A DNA stretch of 64,000 nucleotides, taken from a bacterium. GTDB lineage: Bacteria; UBA8248; JACPRG01; G963555815. Positions within the stretch are counted from its first letter, which is position 1, and each line of letters opens with the position of its first letter. A model generated the notes under the pieces. That model had not been told where the DNA came from, made no database searches, and saw only the letters and a list, made by a program, of their open reading frames with translations. Both the position numbers and the translations under genes were made by a program. Shown here piece after piece: positions 1 through 9,821 of this stretch. The stretch covers positions 1,280,001 to 1,344,000 of the forward strand of contig CBDHDG010000006.1 of assembly GCA_965261595.1 (NCBI GenBank), read 5' to 3'.

Positions 1-282
1 GCTGCGGGACGTCAGACTGGTGGTCTTCGCCGGTGCCGGGGTGGAGTGACGGCGGGACATGAACTTGATGTGCTGCTGGAGAAAGCGGCGGTTGAGTTGG
101 TACCTGTCACGTCCGAACACGCCAGCGCCGCACGTCGGGCTTGGCGTCGTTTCGGCAAGGGCAATCACCCTGCGGCGCTGAACGTTGGGGACTGCTTGGC
201 CTATGCGCTCGCCGATGCGACGGGCGAGCCGCTGCTGTTCAAGGGCAAGGACTTCGCCCAAACCGATATCGGGCCGGCGTGA
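1..282 (+). CDS. vapC: VapC-family PIN-domain toxin, 3' part (5' end outside the window or truncated)
   Basis: C-terminus AARRAWRRFGKGNHPAALNVGDCLAYALA..GEPLLFKGKDFAQTDI is characteristic of VapC30-like PIN toxins. Confidence 0.8.
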   Translation, partial: AAGRQTGGLRRCRGGVTAGHELDVLLEKAAVELVPVTSEHASAARRAWRRFGKGNHPAALNVGDCLAYALADATGEPLLFKGKDFAQTDIGPA

Positions 283-396
283 TCGAGAAAACGGGCCGGA
301 GAACGGAAATGCCGATGACTGATCGGGAATGGATGCCTCAGCGATCGCGAATCCACGTGGATGACCGCCGCATCATTTCGCTTGGGTCAGCGCATC

Positions 397-3300
397 ATGA
401 ATAGTCTGATTCAGACTGCCACCGCAGAGCTTGCCGACTTCCTTACGGCACATCTGCCCCCTCTCGGCGGGGATTGGTGGAAGAAGCACGTTGAAGATCG
501 CTTGAGTTTCCAGCAACAGCGTATGGTGCGGGAGCGCGAGCTCACGACGCTGGAGCAACTGGACTTTGCCGCCCTGCTGCGAGTTCTTGACCAGAACTGG
601 CGCGAGCTTTCTCAGGTGCTCAGTCTGCCTCGCGAAGGACGCACATGGGTCAAGGAGCTGCAAACGGTACGTAACAAGTGGGCGCATCGATCGACCCAGA
701 CCATGGAGGCGAGTGAAGTCTATCGTGATGCCGATACCCTCGGCCGTCTCCTCGATATGCTGGGTGCTGCTCCGGAATCCGTCGCAGCGGTTGAGGCCGC
801 GAAGACGGATGCTCTTGCAAGTATGGCGACCGCCCGCGGCGTGATTGCCGGTTCTTCGGAGCCTGCCGAGGGGACAGGCGAACCAGCCGTTGAGGAGACA
901 GCGCAGGGTGGCGGATCCGGATCGTCGGAACCTCCTGAGACGATGTTCCAGGTCGGTAGCTTGGTCGCGCTGCGATCCGATCCGGCGATTGTCATGCCGG
1001 TCATCGAGGTCGTGCCGAGTGGGGCCGAATGTCGCTACCGTGTATTTCAGGACACCAGGAAGGTTACCTACTACGAGAGCCAGCTACGACATCCCGAGCA
1101 GACCGAGGAAGCGCAGCCCCGACCGAGCGCGGCGGACCTGCGCGCGTACCTGACGAGCCTGCATCTGCTCTCGCCCTCGACGGCCAACCTTCATTCGCTG
1201 CGCTCGGGGCGTATTCAGTTCGTGCCTTACCAGTACCGCCCCGTGCTGAAGTTGATCCGGGCGGATCGGCCGCGTCTGCTCATCGCCGACGAGGTCGGCG
1301 TCGGCAAGACGATCGAGGCCGGCCTGATCATCAAGGAGCTGCGGGCGCGCATGGACATCTCCTCCGTGCTCGTGATCTGTCCGAAGGCATTGGTCTCCGA
1401 GCGCAAGTGGTTCGTGGAGATGAAGCGCTTCGACGAACACTTCACGGCGCTCGATGGTCCGATGCTGCGCCACTGTCTGTGGGAAACGCATCTGGACGGC
1501 GAATGGCCGGACCAGTACGCCAAGGCGATCGTCCCGTTCTCGCTGTTCGATTCGGAGCTGATGTTTGGGAAAAGCGGGAGAGGCCGGGGCAGGAGCGAGG
1601 GGCTACTCGCCCTCGACCCGCCGCCCAAGTTCGACCTCGTGATCGTCGACGAAGCGCACCATATCCGCAATCCGGAAACGTACCTCCACCAGGGCGTGCG
1701 CTACTTTTGCGACAACGCGCAGGCCGCCATCTTTCTTACCGCTACGCCGGTCCAGTTGGGCAGCGAGGATCTCTTTACGCTGCTCAACGCACTCCGGCCG
1801 GACCTGGTGATCGACCGTCCGAGCTTCGAACAGATGGCCGCGCCCAATCGGTTTGTCAACGCGGCTGTGGGGCATTGCCGCGCCGCTGAGGATGGCTGGC
1901 AAGGCGAAGCGCGTGCTTGCATGGGCGAAGCCGAGCAAACCGAGTGGGGTCGCCTCTTTCTGCGGGAGTCACCGGCTTTTCAGAACATCTACGACCGGCT
2001 GGGAGGAGAGCAGGTCGATGACGCGAACCGCATCGGCATCGTCCGGTCTCTGGAGGATCTCTATACCTTCAGCCCGATGATCAACCGGACGCGCCGCAGG
2101 GATATCGGCGAGTTCACGACTCGAAGGCCGGAGACGCTGACGACCGAGTTCACGCCCGAGCAGCAGCGCCTGCACGACGATCTGCTCGATGTCGTGGCCC
2201 GTATCCTGGCGTTTGCGCACGGACAGCAGAACGTCAAGTTCATGATGACCACGATTCGCCGCCAGGCGGCGAGCTGTCTGTATGGACTGGCGCCCCTGCT
2301 GCGCAGCATCCTCGCCGGCAAGCTGGATGGCCTTGAGACGATGGAAGCGGGCGACGTCGAGGGCGAAACCGATCTCGGCTTCCTCGCCGAGGCGCGGAGC
2401 GATATCGAGGCGCTTCTGGAGAGAGCCGACAGCCTCGATCCGCGGGACCCGAAGGTTGATGCTTTTGTCCAGGTACTGCGCGACAAGAGCCGAATGGCCA
2501 ACAACAAGGCCCTGGTGTTCAGCACCTTCCGGCACACGCTTGCGTATATCGCAAGGCACACGGAAGACGCGGGATTGCGCTACGGGCTTGTGCATGGTGA
2601 CGTGGCGGACGAGGAGCGGGCGGACTTGCGCCGCCGGTTCGCGCTGCCGAAGGAAGACCCGGACGCGCTGGATGTATTGCTCTCCTCGGAGGTCGGCGGC
2701 GAAGGGCTCGATTTTCAGTTCTGCGACCTGTTGATCAACTACGATCTGCCCTGGAACCCGATGCGCGTCGAGCAGCGCATCGGGCGCATCGACCGCTACG
2801 GTCAACAGAGCGAGACCGTTGCCGTCGTCAATCTGGTTACGCCTGGCACGGTCGACGCAGATATCTACGAACGCTGTTTGTGTCGCATCGGCGTGTTCCA
2901 GCACGCGGTCGGCGGCAGCGAGGAGATTCTTGGCGAGATAACCCGTGAAATCCATGATATCGCGGAGAGCTTCACGCTTACGGCCGAGGAACGCGCGCAA
3001 CGCTTACAGCAGCTCGGCGACAACGGGATTCGGCAAATTCAGGAAGAGCAGGCGCTTGAGGAAAAACAGGCCGAGCTATTCGGGTTGACGGTTCCGAAAC
3101 AGTCCTGGCGCGAGGAGATCGAGGCCGCCGAGACCTTCTGGCTGTCGCCAAACGCCTTGCAGCGCTGCGTCTCGACCTATCTCTCCGGGCTGATGGAAAC
3201 CGAGGGGGAGTTTTTTCTCGGCGAGAAGCCGCTCAAGACTCTGAGGTTGAATCAGGAGACCCGGGCCAGGCTGCTCGAGGACTTCAAGCGTCAACCCCGT

Positions 3301-3996
3301 TCGACCGACCCGGTGGCCCGGCAATGGGAAAGGTGGCTCAAGGGCGCCGGTCCGATGCTGTCGGTCACGTTCGATCAGGAAACCGCCGCGGCCGTCCCCG
3401 ACGCCGTTCACCTGAACGTCCTGCACCCTCTGGTGCGCCAGGCGGCCCGGTTCCAGGAACGTTCCGAGGTTGCCCGCGTCAGCCTGACCGCATCGAGCGA
3501 GAGTCTGCCGGCAGGCGAGTACCCGTTCGCGCTTTACCGCTGGCGCAAGGTCGGGGTGCGAACCGACGAAGCGCTGATCGCGATCAGTACCGAGCCGGCA
3601 ATGGACGACGCCATCATGTCATTGCTGGAGGAGGCCGGCGACGCGCGCGCTGAAATACGGGATGCCGATGAAGCCCTGGATGCGCTCGATCAGCGGCACC
3701 ATGACGAATGGAGCGTCGCGCGAGCGAACCACGTAGCGGAGAATGAGGAGTTGGTCCGGCATCGCCTCCAAAGCCTGGAGGTCAGCCATCAGGCCCGATG
3801 CAGGCTGCTTGAGGACCAGGTTCAACGAGCGACCGATGACAGGATTCGCCGCATGAAGGAGTCCGAGCTGGCGAGAGCCGGATATGACTGCGAGCGGCGG
3901 GTTTCAGATCTGCAGAAGGCAGCGAACAGTGCGGACATTCACGCCGACCTGGTCGTGCTTGGGGTACTCACCGTAACGCGGAGCGACCACGGATGA
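397..3996 (+). CDS. SNF2/RapA-like helicase with N-terminal Swt1-like HEPN domain
   Basis: N-terminal LDFAALLRVLDQNW...VRNKWAH (HEPN Rx4H); Q-motif PYQ, Walker A ADEVGVGKT, IVDEAHH, LTATP, EGLDFQ and YDLPWNPMRVEQRIGRIDRYGQ; ATG at 397 chosen over 361. Confidence 0.88.
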   Translation: MNSLIQTATAELADFLTAHLPPLGGDWWKKHVEDRLSFQQQRMVRERELTTLEQLDFAALLRVLDQNWRELSQVLSLPREGRTWVKELQTVRNKWAHRSTQTMEASEVYRDADTLGRLLDMLGAAPESVAAVEAAKTDALASMATARGVIAGSSEPAEGTGEPAVEETAQGGGSGSSEPPETMFQVGSLVALRSDPAIVMPVIEVVPSGAECRYRVFQDTRKVTYYESQLRHPEQTEEAQPRPSAADLRAYLTSLHLLSPSTANLHSLRSGRIQFVPYQYRPVLKLIRADRPRLLIADEVGVGKTIEAGLIIKELRARMDISSVLVICPKALVSERKWFVEMKRFDEHFTALDGPMLRHCLWETHLDGEWPDQYAKAIVPFSLFDSELMFGKSGRGRGRSEGLLALDPPPKFDLVIVDEAHHIRNPETYLHQGVRYFCDNAQAAIFLTATPVQLGSEDLFTLLNALRPDLVIDRPSFEQMAAPNRFVNAAVGHCRAAEDGWQGEARACMGEAEQTEWGRLFLRESPAFQNIYDRLGGEQVDDANRIGIVRSLEDLYTFSPMINRTRRRDIGEFTTRRPETLTTEFTPEQQRLHDDLLDVVARILAFAHGQQNVKFMMTTIRRQAASCLYGLAPLLRSILAGKLDGLETMEAGDVEGETDLGFLAEARSDIEALLERADSLDPRDPKVDAFVQVLRDKSRMANNKALVFSTFRHTLAYIARHTEDAGLRYGLVHGDVADEERADLRRRFALPKEDPDALDVLLSSEVGGEGLDFQFCDLLINYDLPWNPMRVEQRIGRIDRYGQQSETVAVVNLVTPGTVDADIYERCLCRIGVFQHAVGGSEEILGEITREIHDIAESFTLTAEERAQRLQQLGDNGIRQIQEEQALEEKQAELFGLTVPKQSWREEIEAAETFWLSPNALQRCVSTYLSGLMETEGEFFLGEKPLKTLRLNQETRARLLEDFKRQPRSTDPVARQWERWLKGAGPMLSVTFDQETAAAVPDAVHLNVLHPLVRQAARFQERSEVARVSLTASSESLPAGEYPFALYRWRKVGVRTDEALIAISTEPAMDDAIMSLLEEAGDARAEIRDADEALDALDQRHHDEWSVARANHVAENEELVRHRLQSLEVSHQARCRLLEDQVQRATDDRIRRMKESELARAGYDCERRVSDLQKAANSADIHADLVVLGVLTVTRSDHG

Positions 3997-6900
3997 GCGT
4001 TATTCAAGAAATCCATCGAGATCGTGAGGATCTCGCCCGGGTTCTGAAGAATCACCCCGGAATTCGTAAGATCGTCGAAGATCTGTACCCCGATCGTGCG
4101 CATTTCATTTACGAACTACTGCAGAATGCCGAGGACAAGGATGCATCCGAGGTCTGGTTCGACCTATCGAAAGACGACTTGGTGTTCGAGCACAACGGAA
4201 AAATCTTCGAAGAAGATCACATTCGGGCCATCACCGACATCGGCGAAGGAACCAAAGCGGCCGGCGACGAAAAGATCGGCCGTTTCGGTCTCGGATTCAA
4301 GGCGGTCTTTGCCTATACGGAGACGCCGCGCATCTGGTCGCCGAAGTTTGCGTTCGAAATTTCTGACTTGGTTCTGCCCACCGAGATAAGGAAGGATGAC
4401 TTGCTTGGCGAACTCACGCGGTTCGAATTTCCGTTCAACAACCCGAAGAAGTCGAAGTCAGACGCTTTTGGAGAGGTGCGGGCTGGTCTCCATGAGTTAT
4501 CGGAAACCACGCTGTTGTTCCTCTCCCATATCGAGTCGATTCACTGGCGAGTAGATGGCGGTTCGGAAGGACGCTTGTTGCGAATCTCGCACACCGAGCA
4601 TCACGTTGAGATACTGAGGGAGAGAGATGGCAAGGCGACAAAAAGTTCACACTTCCTCCGTTTCATGGAACTCGTTGAGGGACAGGAACAGCAACACGCC
4701 GCCATCGCGTTTGTGCTCGACGCGTTACCGGTCGTAAGCAGATTCGACAAGACCAAGCCCTTGGCAAAACAGTTCCGAATCACACCGGTCGTGTGGGGAC
4801 GTGTCGCAGTTTACTTTACCGCCGCAAAGGAGACGTCGGGACTGCGTTTCCATCTCCATGCGCCCTTCGTGCCGGAGCTCAGTCGCGCGAGCATCAAGGA
4901 CACGCCGGCGAACGAACCGCTGTTTCAGCAGTTGGCGAATTTGACGGCACAGTCCCTGTCTGCGATCCGCGATCTCGGTTTTCTGAACAGAGACTTTCTC
5001 GCCGTGCTGCCGAACCCACACAACGATCTTCCCGACAGATACGGATGTATACGTGAAGCCATCGTCGACGCGATGAATAAGCAACCGCTGACGCCCACCC
5101 ATGCGGGGACTCATGAGCCGGCCAGGCAACTGCTACAGGCGAGAGCGTCTCTGAAGACCCTCTTGGCCAAGGAAGATATCGAGATTCTCGTCGACTTCGA
5201 GGAGACGCCGCTTGCCTGGGCAATTGGCGCAACTCAGGGTGCAACTCAGAAGGATAAGGATATTGACAGCTTCCTCTCCAGCTTGGACATCAGGGATTGG
5301 GACATTAAACAGTTAGTGGAGAGGTTGGTAGAAGGGTTAAGCAGTAAGCCGAGATTTTCTCATGACGGCAAAAAATATCTTACCGAGCCTGATAAGACGT
5401 TGCTTCAGTGGTTGCGGTCGAAATCCGATGATTGGCACCAAAAACTGTACGCGCTTCTCAATGGGAAAGAATCAGAGGGAATTACGTCCCGACTGAAGTA
5501 TTCCTACATCGTTAGTCTCTCCACCGGCGATTATATGGTTGGCAACGAATGCTACTTTCCTACGGAGGACGTTCAAGAGGACACAATGCTACCGCGGGTA
5601 GCGATCGGTACTTACACTTCGGGAAGGAACAGAAAGGAGCAGATACAGGCTAAAGAATTTCTTGAATCCATCGGCGTCCGTGAGGTTGGCGAGCGTGAAC
5701 AAGTCGAGGCCATTCTCAAGCAGCGATACTCGAAAGAAGCCGAAAACCCTGACAGGAAGACGCATAAGAACGACTTGAGACTCTTCATTTCGTTGGTGGA
5801 GAACGATCCAAAGGCGGCTTCTCTCTTTAAGGATTATTGGATATTTGAGCGGGCTGACGACCAATGGGGACAGCCAGATCAGGTGTATCTCGATACACCG
5901 TATTTCGAAACGGGATTGCATGCCTATTACAGATCACTCGGAGACACAGCGGATCGCGTGGTACTAGCGGACAGTTACAAGAGCCTTGGGATATCGCAAA
6001 GAAAACTGGTGGATTTTGCGAAAGCCGTAAGCACCTTGACTAATCTTGTCATCGAAAAGCAATCGACCTGTGAACACCCAATGTCGAATTCACTTCGTCA
6101 GGACTACCACCAGCGTGGGGTGCGGTCGACGCATACAAGAATCAATGATGATTGGACGATATCCGATCTGACATCGGTGCTGGATCACCCATCGGAGGAA
6201 CTGTCGCGGCTGGTCTGGCATACGATGACCAAGTCGGACGAGAGCATACTGGAAGCCCGGTTCCGCCCGAATCAACAATACGAGACGAAAGTTGAGCCGT
6301 CCACGTTGGTCCTGACATTGCAGGAACTGCCGTGGGTGCCCCAAAGAGACGGAGAATTCGTCCGCCCCGCCGAAGCCTCGCGGGATCTGCTGCCGGAGGG
6401 CTTTCCGTTCGATCCAGGATGGCCGTGGATCAAAGCAATCTGTTTCGGTGAGGAGAGCGTCAAACGACTCGAAGAAATCCAAAGACAACGCGAGGAAGCC
6501 AAGGAGCTTGGCTTTGACGATGCTGAAGCATTAGATGACGCCAAATGGTTTGGCGGATTGAATGCGGAGGAACGGCAACGGCTCAAGTCGGAGCACGAAA
6601 GCAAGCGTATAACGGACCTTCCCGACGACAAGCCAAGCGATCCGGGACGACGCGCTGAGAAGGTTCGCGAGCAGGCCAAGGAAGCGCCGGACCGCGGTGC
6701 CGTAACTGTCCCTCGCTCCGTATCCGAGCACCGCGAAGCGGTCAAGAAGGACACCGACCCTTACCTGCGCACTCAGTATACCAACGGCGACAAAGTAATG
6801 ATCTGCCAAGTGTGCAAGAACGCCCTACCATTCAAGTTGGCCGACGGAAATTATTTCTTCGAAGCCGTGGAGTTCCTGCAGGAATTGCGAAGGCGCCATT

Positions 6901-7118
6901 ACCAGAATTACCTGGCTCTTTGCCCGAATCATGCCGCCATGTACCGGCACGCGAATGGCTCTGCGAAGCGGATGAAGAGTCTGTTTCTCGACTTGACGGG
7001 AAACGAGCTGAAGGTAGTTCTCGCCCGTAAGAACAAGACTGTTTACTTCACCAAAACTCATATCGCCGATCTTAAGGACGTAATCGCGACGGCGGATACG
7101 AATGAGCCGGAGATTTGA
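3993..7118 (+). CDS. Sacsin-like GHKL (HATPase) ATPase with C-terminal HNH-like nuclease domain
   Basis: YELLQNAED, FEHNG, IGRFGLGFKAVF, FHLHAPF; C-terminal CQVC...NYLALCPNH; ATGA overlap with the upstream gene. Confidence 0.82.
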   Translation: MSVIQEIHRDREDLARVLKNHPGIRKIVEDLYPDRAHFIYELLQNAEDKDASEVWFDLSKDDLVFEHNGKIFEEDHIRAITDIGEGTKAAGDEKIGRFGLGFKAVFAYTETPRIWSPKFAFEISDLVLPTEIRKDDLLGELTRFEFPFNNPKKSKSDAFGEVRAGLHELSETTLLFLSHIESIHWRVDGGSEGRLLRISHTEHHVEILRERDGKATKSSHFLRFMELVEGQEQQHAAIAFVLDALPVVSRFDKTKPLAKQFRITPVVWGRVAVYFTAAKETSGLRFHLHAPFVPELSRASIKDTPANEPLFQQLANLTAQSLSAIRDLGFLNRDFLAVLPNPHNDLPDRYGCIREAIVDAMNKQPLTPTHAGTHEPARQLLQARASLKTLLAKEDIEILVDFEETPLAWAIGATQGATQKDKDIDSFLSSLDIRDWDIKQLVERLVEGLSSKPRFSHDGKKYLTEPDKTLLQWLRSKSDDWHQKLYALLNGKESEGITSRLKYSYIVSLSTGDYMVGNECYFPTEDVQEDTMLPRVAIGTYTSGRNRKEQIQAKEFLESIGVREVGEREQVEAILKQRYSKEAENPDRKTHKNDLRLFISLVENDPKAASLFKDYWIFERADDQWGQPDQVYLDTPYFETGLHAYYRSLGDTADRVVLADSYKSLGISQRKLVDFAKAVSTLTNLVIEKQSTCEHPMSNSLRQDYHQRGVRSTHTRINDDWTISDLTSVLDHPSEELSRLVWHTMTKSDESILEARFRPNQQYETKVEPSTLVLTLQELPWVPQRDGEFVRPAEASRDLLPEGFPFDPGWPWIKAICFGEESVKRLEEIQRQREEAKELGFDDAEALDDAKWFGGLNAEERQRLKSEHESKRITDLPDDKPSDPGRRAEKVREQAKEAPDRGAVTVPRSVSEHREAVKKDTDPYLRTQYTNGDKVMICQVCKNALPFKLADGNYFFEAVEFLQELRRRHYQNYLALCPNHAAMYRHANGSAKRMKSLFLDLTGNELKVVLARKNKTVYFTKTHIADLKDVIATADTNEPEI

Positions 7119-7151
7119 GCATCAAGCTAATGGGATGCCCGATACGCAGAA

Positions 7152-7310
7152 TCAAAGTTCTCGCGCCACTTCCGCGATCATGCTTGCGATGCGGTTGGCG
7201 GCGGACTTGACGGGGTCGTTGGCGAGGTGGGCATAGCGGGCGGTCGTGTGTACATGGTTGTGGCCCAATAGCTTACTGATCACGGGCAGGCCTTCGCCGA
7301 CCAGAAGCCT
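7152..7310 (-). pseudogene. Tyrosine integrase C-terminal relic
   Basis: Manual translation GEGLPVISKLLGHNHVHTTARYAHLANDPVKSAANRIA*, homologous to the integrases at 14119-15751. Confidence 0.8.
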
Positions 7311-7761
7311 GCCGCTCACATACGAGTTCCTCAGATCACGATTGAGGTGCTTATGGCTGGGCCAGAATGCCGTGACGACGGGCAGAACGTGAGAGGTCGA
7401 ACCGGGAGAAGCGGAGCATCCAGACCAGAGGGGGCTGCTGGTTACGATAATCCGCGCCTTGGAAATTGACTGTCGGCAAGCGCCCCGCTCAGAAGATTAT
7501 CGTCGCTGTGGTCGGCTGCGCCGCAGGCGCGAATTAGGTACCGTCATGGGGCGTGGACCGGTAGTTCCTAAAGTGCAGGTTCGCGGCGTGATCGTTCACA
7601 CAACCCGCACCGGCAACGGCGAAACTAGCAAGCATCTCACAAATGAGAGTGCACCCATAACCGACAAGCTACGCCAGACACACGCAAACCCATTGCCACG
7701 AGGGAAAAATAGATGTACGTAATATCGAACTACCCGAAACAGCAACCAAGGCAGAGGTCAT

Positions 7762-9821
7762 ATGATCAAAGGGGCGCGGCAATTACCGGTTCAACACCTC
7801 ACCATCCGCGTGCCCTGGCACGACAACGGCTGGCAAGGCACGTTCTGCAATAACCCCTGCGGTAACACCAGTTGCACAATCCTACCGCGTATCGCAACCG
7901 GGCGCGACGATGCCCAGGAGACCGAGCTGGCGGGAGGCAGCCTCGAGGAACTGGACCGCGAGCAATTGCCGCCCTGCGTGGACGAACATGCCACCATCAT
8001 GGCGCCGTTCGCGTTGCCGATGGTCAAGAACCATCCCTACGCGAAATCGGCCGAACAGACGCACGGTCATTTCGCCCCCACCCCTTACACGATCCAGCCC
8101 TATTCAGCGGCGGCCATTCCGTTCCACTGGATGCTGAAAGAGCAGGCCGAGGGCAACGAGGAGTTTGGCGTTCCGAGCAGGGCCGAGGATCTCAAGCTGG
8201 GCTATACGGCCGAGCGCGAGCCGGACCTCGGTTTCACCACCAGTTGGGTACAGGAAGGCACGAACCAACGTGTGCTGCTGGACACGTTCTTCAGCGCCGC
8301 CAGGCCGGATCAATCGCTCGTCTTTTTTTACGCGAAACGCACACCGATGGCGGAGGACGTCCGCCGCGTGATTGTTGGCGTCGGGCGTGTGAAAACCATT
8401 GGTGCGGCGACAGCGTATCGCGACGTCGTCGGCACCCGGCCGAATAGCAAGATCAATGGCTACCTGTGGGAACACAATATCGAGCACTCGATACGCCCTG
8501 ATGGTACGGACGGATTTCTGCTGCCTTATCGCGAACTGCTCGCACTCGCCGAAGACGATGCCAGTCTCGATCTCGGCGCCTGCACCGCTTTTGCCCCGGA
8601 CGAGTACTTTGAACAGTACTCCTATGGCAGCGAGCTGCTGTCGCAGGATGGCGCCATTGCCTCATTGCTGGCGCTGGAAAAGGCAATTAAGTCCATGCGT
8701 AGCCTGCTCGAGGCACCCTGGGCGGAGTACCTTCAGTGGATAGACCGAGAGCTTAACCGGCTATGGCAGGTGCGCGGCGCCTTCCCCGGCCTCGGCGCGA
8801 CCCTGCATGCGTTCGGCCTGCCACATGGGAATCTGTTGGCGTGGCACCTGGTGGGCGACAGCGAGAAAGCCATCGACCCGTGGCCTGTATTGACTGCGGC
8901 ACTCAAAAAGCCGTCGTCCCTGCCGGAATACCTCCGCGACGGCATTGGCAAAACCCAGCAGCAGAAGTGGGAAAAACTTCCGGACTCGCGCCGCGCGTTG
9001 CTGATGCTGTTGGCGCGGTTCAATCTGACCAATGTTCAGGCGCTGCGGTGGTATCAGGAGACCGAGAGGGACAGCGCAGGCATCACGCTCGACGACAAGG
9101 ATATCCTGGCCAACCCGTACACGATCTATGAAGCTGATCGTCTTCAAGCGGACCCCATTGCATTCGCGGTGATTGACCGCGGCATGTTCCCCCCGGAGCC
9201 GCTGCGCAAGGATTTCCCGACCCCCGAGCCCAGCAGGGTGCATGAGGCGATAGACCCGCGACGCGTGCGCTCGGCAATGATCCAGACGCTGGAAGACGCG
9301 GCCGGTGAGGGGCACACACTGATACCGGCCTCCTGGCTGATCCAGCGCGTGCGTGCGCGGCCCATGAAACCAGAGTGTCCCGTAGATGCAGACACACTTG
9401 CTGTCGTGGGAGACAGCCTGGAACCATTGATTACGACAGTCAATCTGGAAACAGAGGACGATGCGTTTCAGCTCGATCGCTATGTCGAAACGTCGAAGCT
9501 GATCGACGCTGCGATTACGAAGCGCAGAAACGGCAAGGCAAACGGCGGTGAATCCGATTGGGCCGCGTTGGTTAATGAGGCGATTGATGAGGGGAAAAAG
9601 AAATCCGCACTTACCGCTGACGACAAAAAGGCGCGTCAGGAAAAGGCTGCTGCGCTGAAAGAATTGTACCGGGGCCGGGTTTGCTTATTGATGGGATCTG
9701 CCGGTACCGGTAAGAGCACATTGCTGAAAGCCCTATGCCGCATCGATGCAGTATTTAAAGGCGGCATCCTGTTGCTCGCCCCTACCGGCAAAGCGCGCGT
9801 CAGACTCGAACAAGCCAGCGG
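7762..9821 (+). pseudogene. RecD-like SF1 helicase with Cys-rich N-terminal domain, truncated by IS insertion
   Basis: HLTIRVPWHDNGW..C..P..N..C N-terminus; Walker A GSAGTGKST and motif Ia LLAPTGKARVRL immediately before the IS end at 9822. Confidence 0.8.

Noticed and set aside
397..7118. Assignment to DISARM, Zorya or BREX
   Set aside because: No methylase, DrmA/B, ZorA/B or PglZ partners nearby
7320..7760. 87-aa ORF at 7459-7722 and surrounding sequence
   Set aside because: No recognisable motif or RBS; treated as intergenic or decayed
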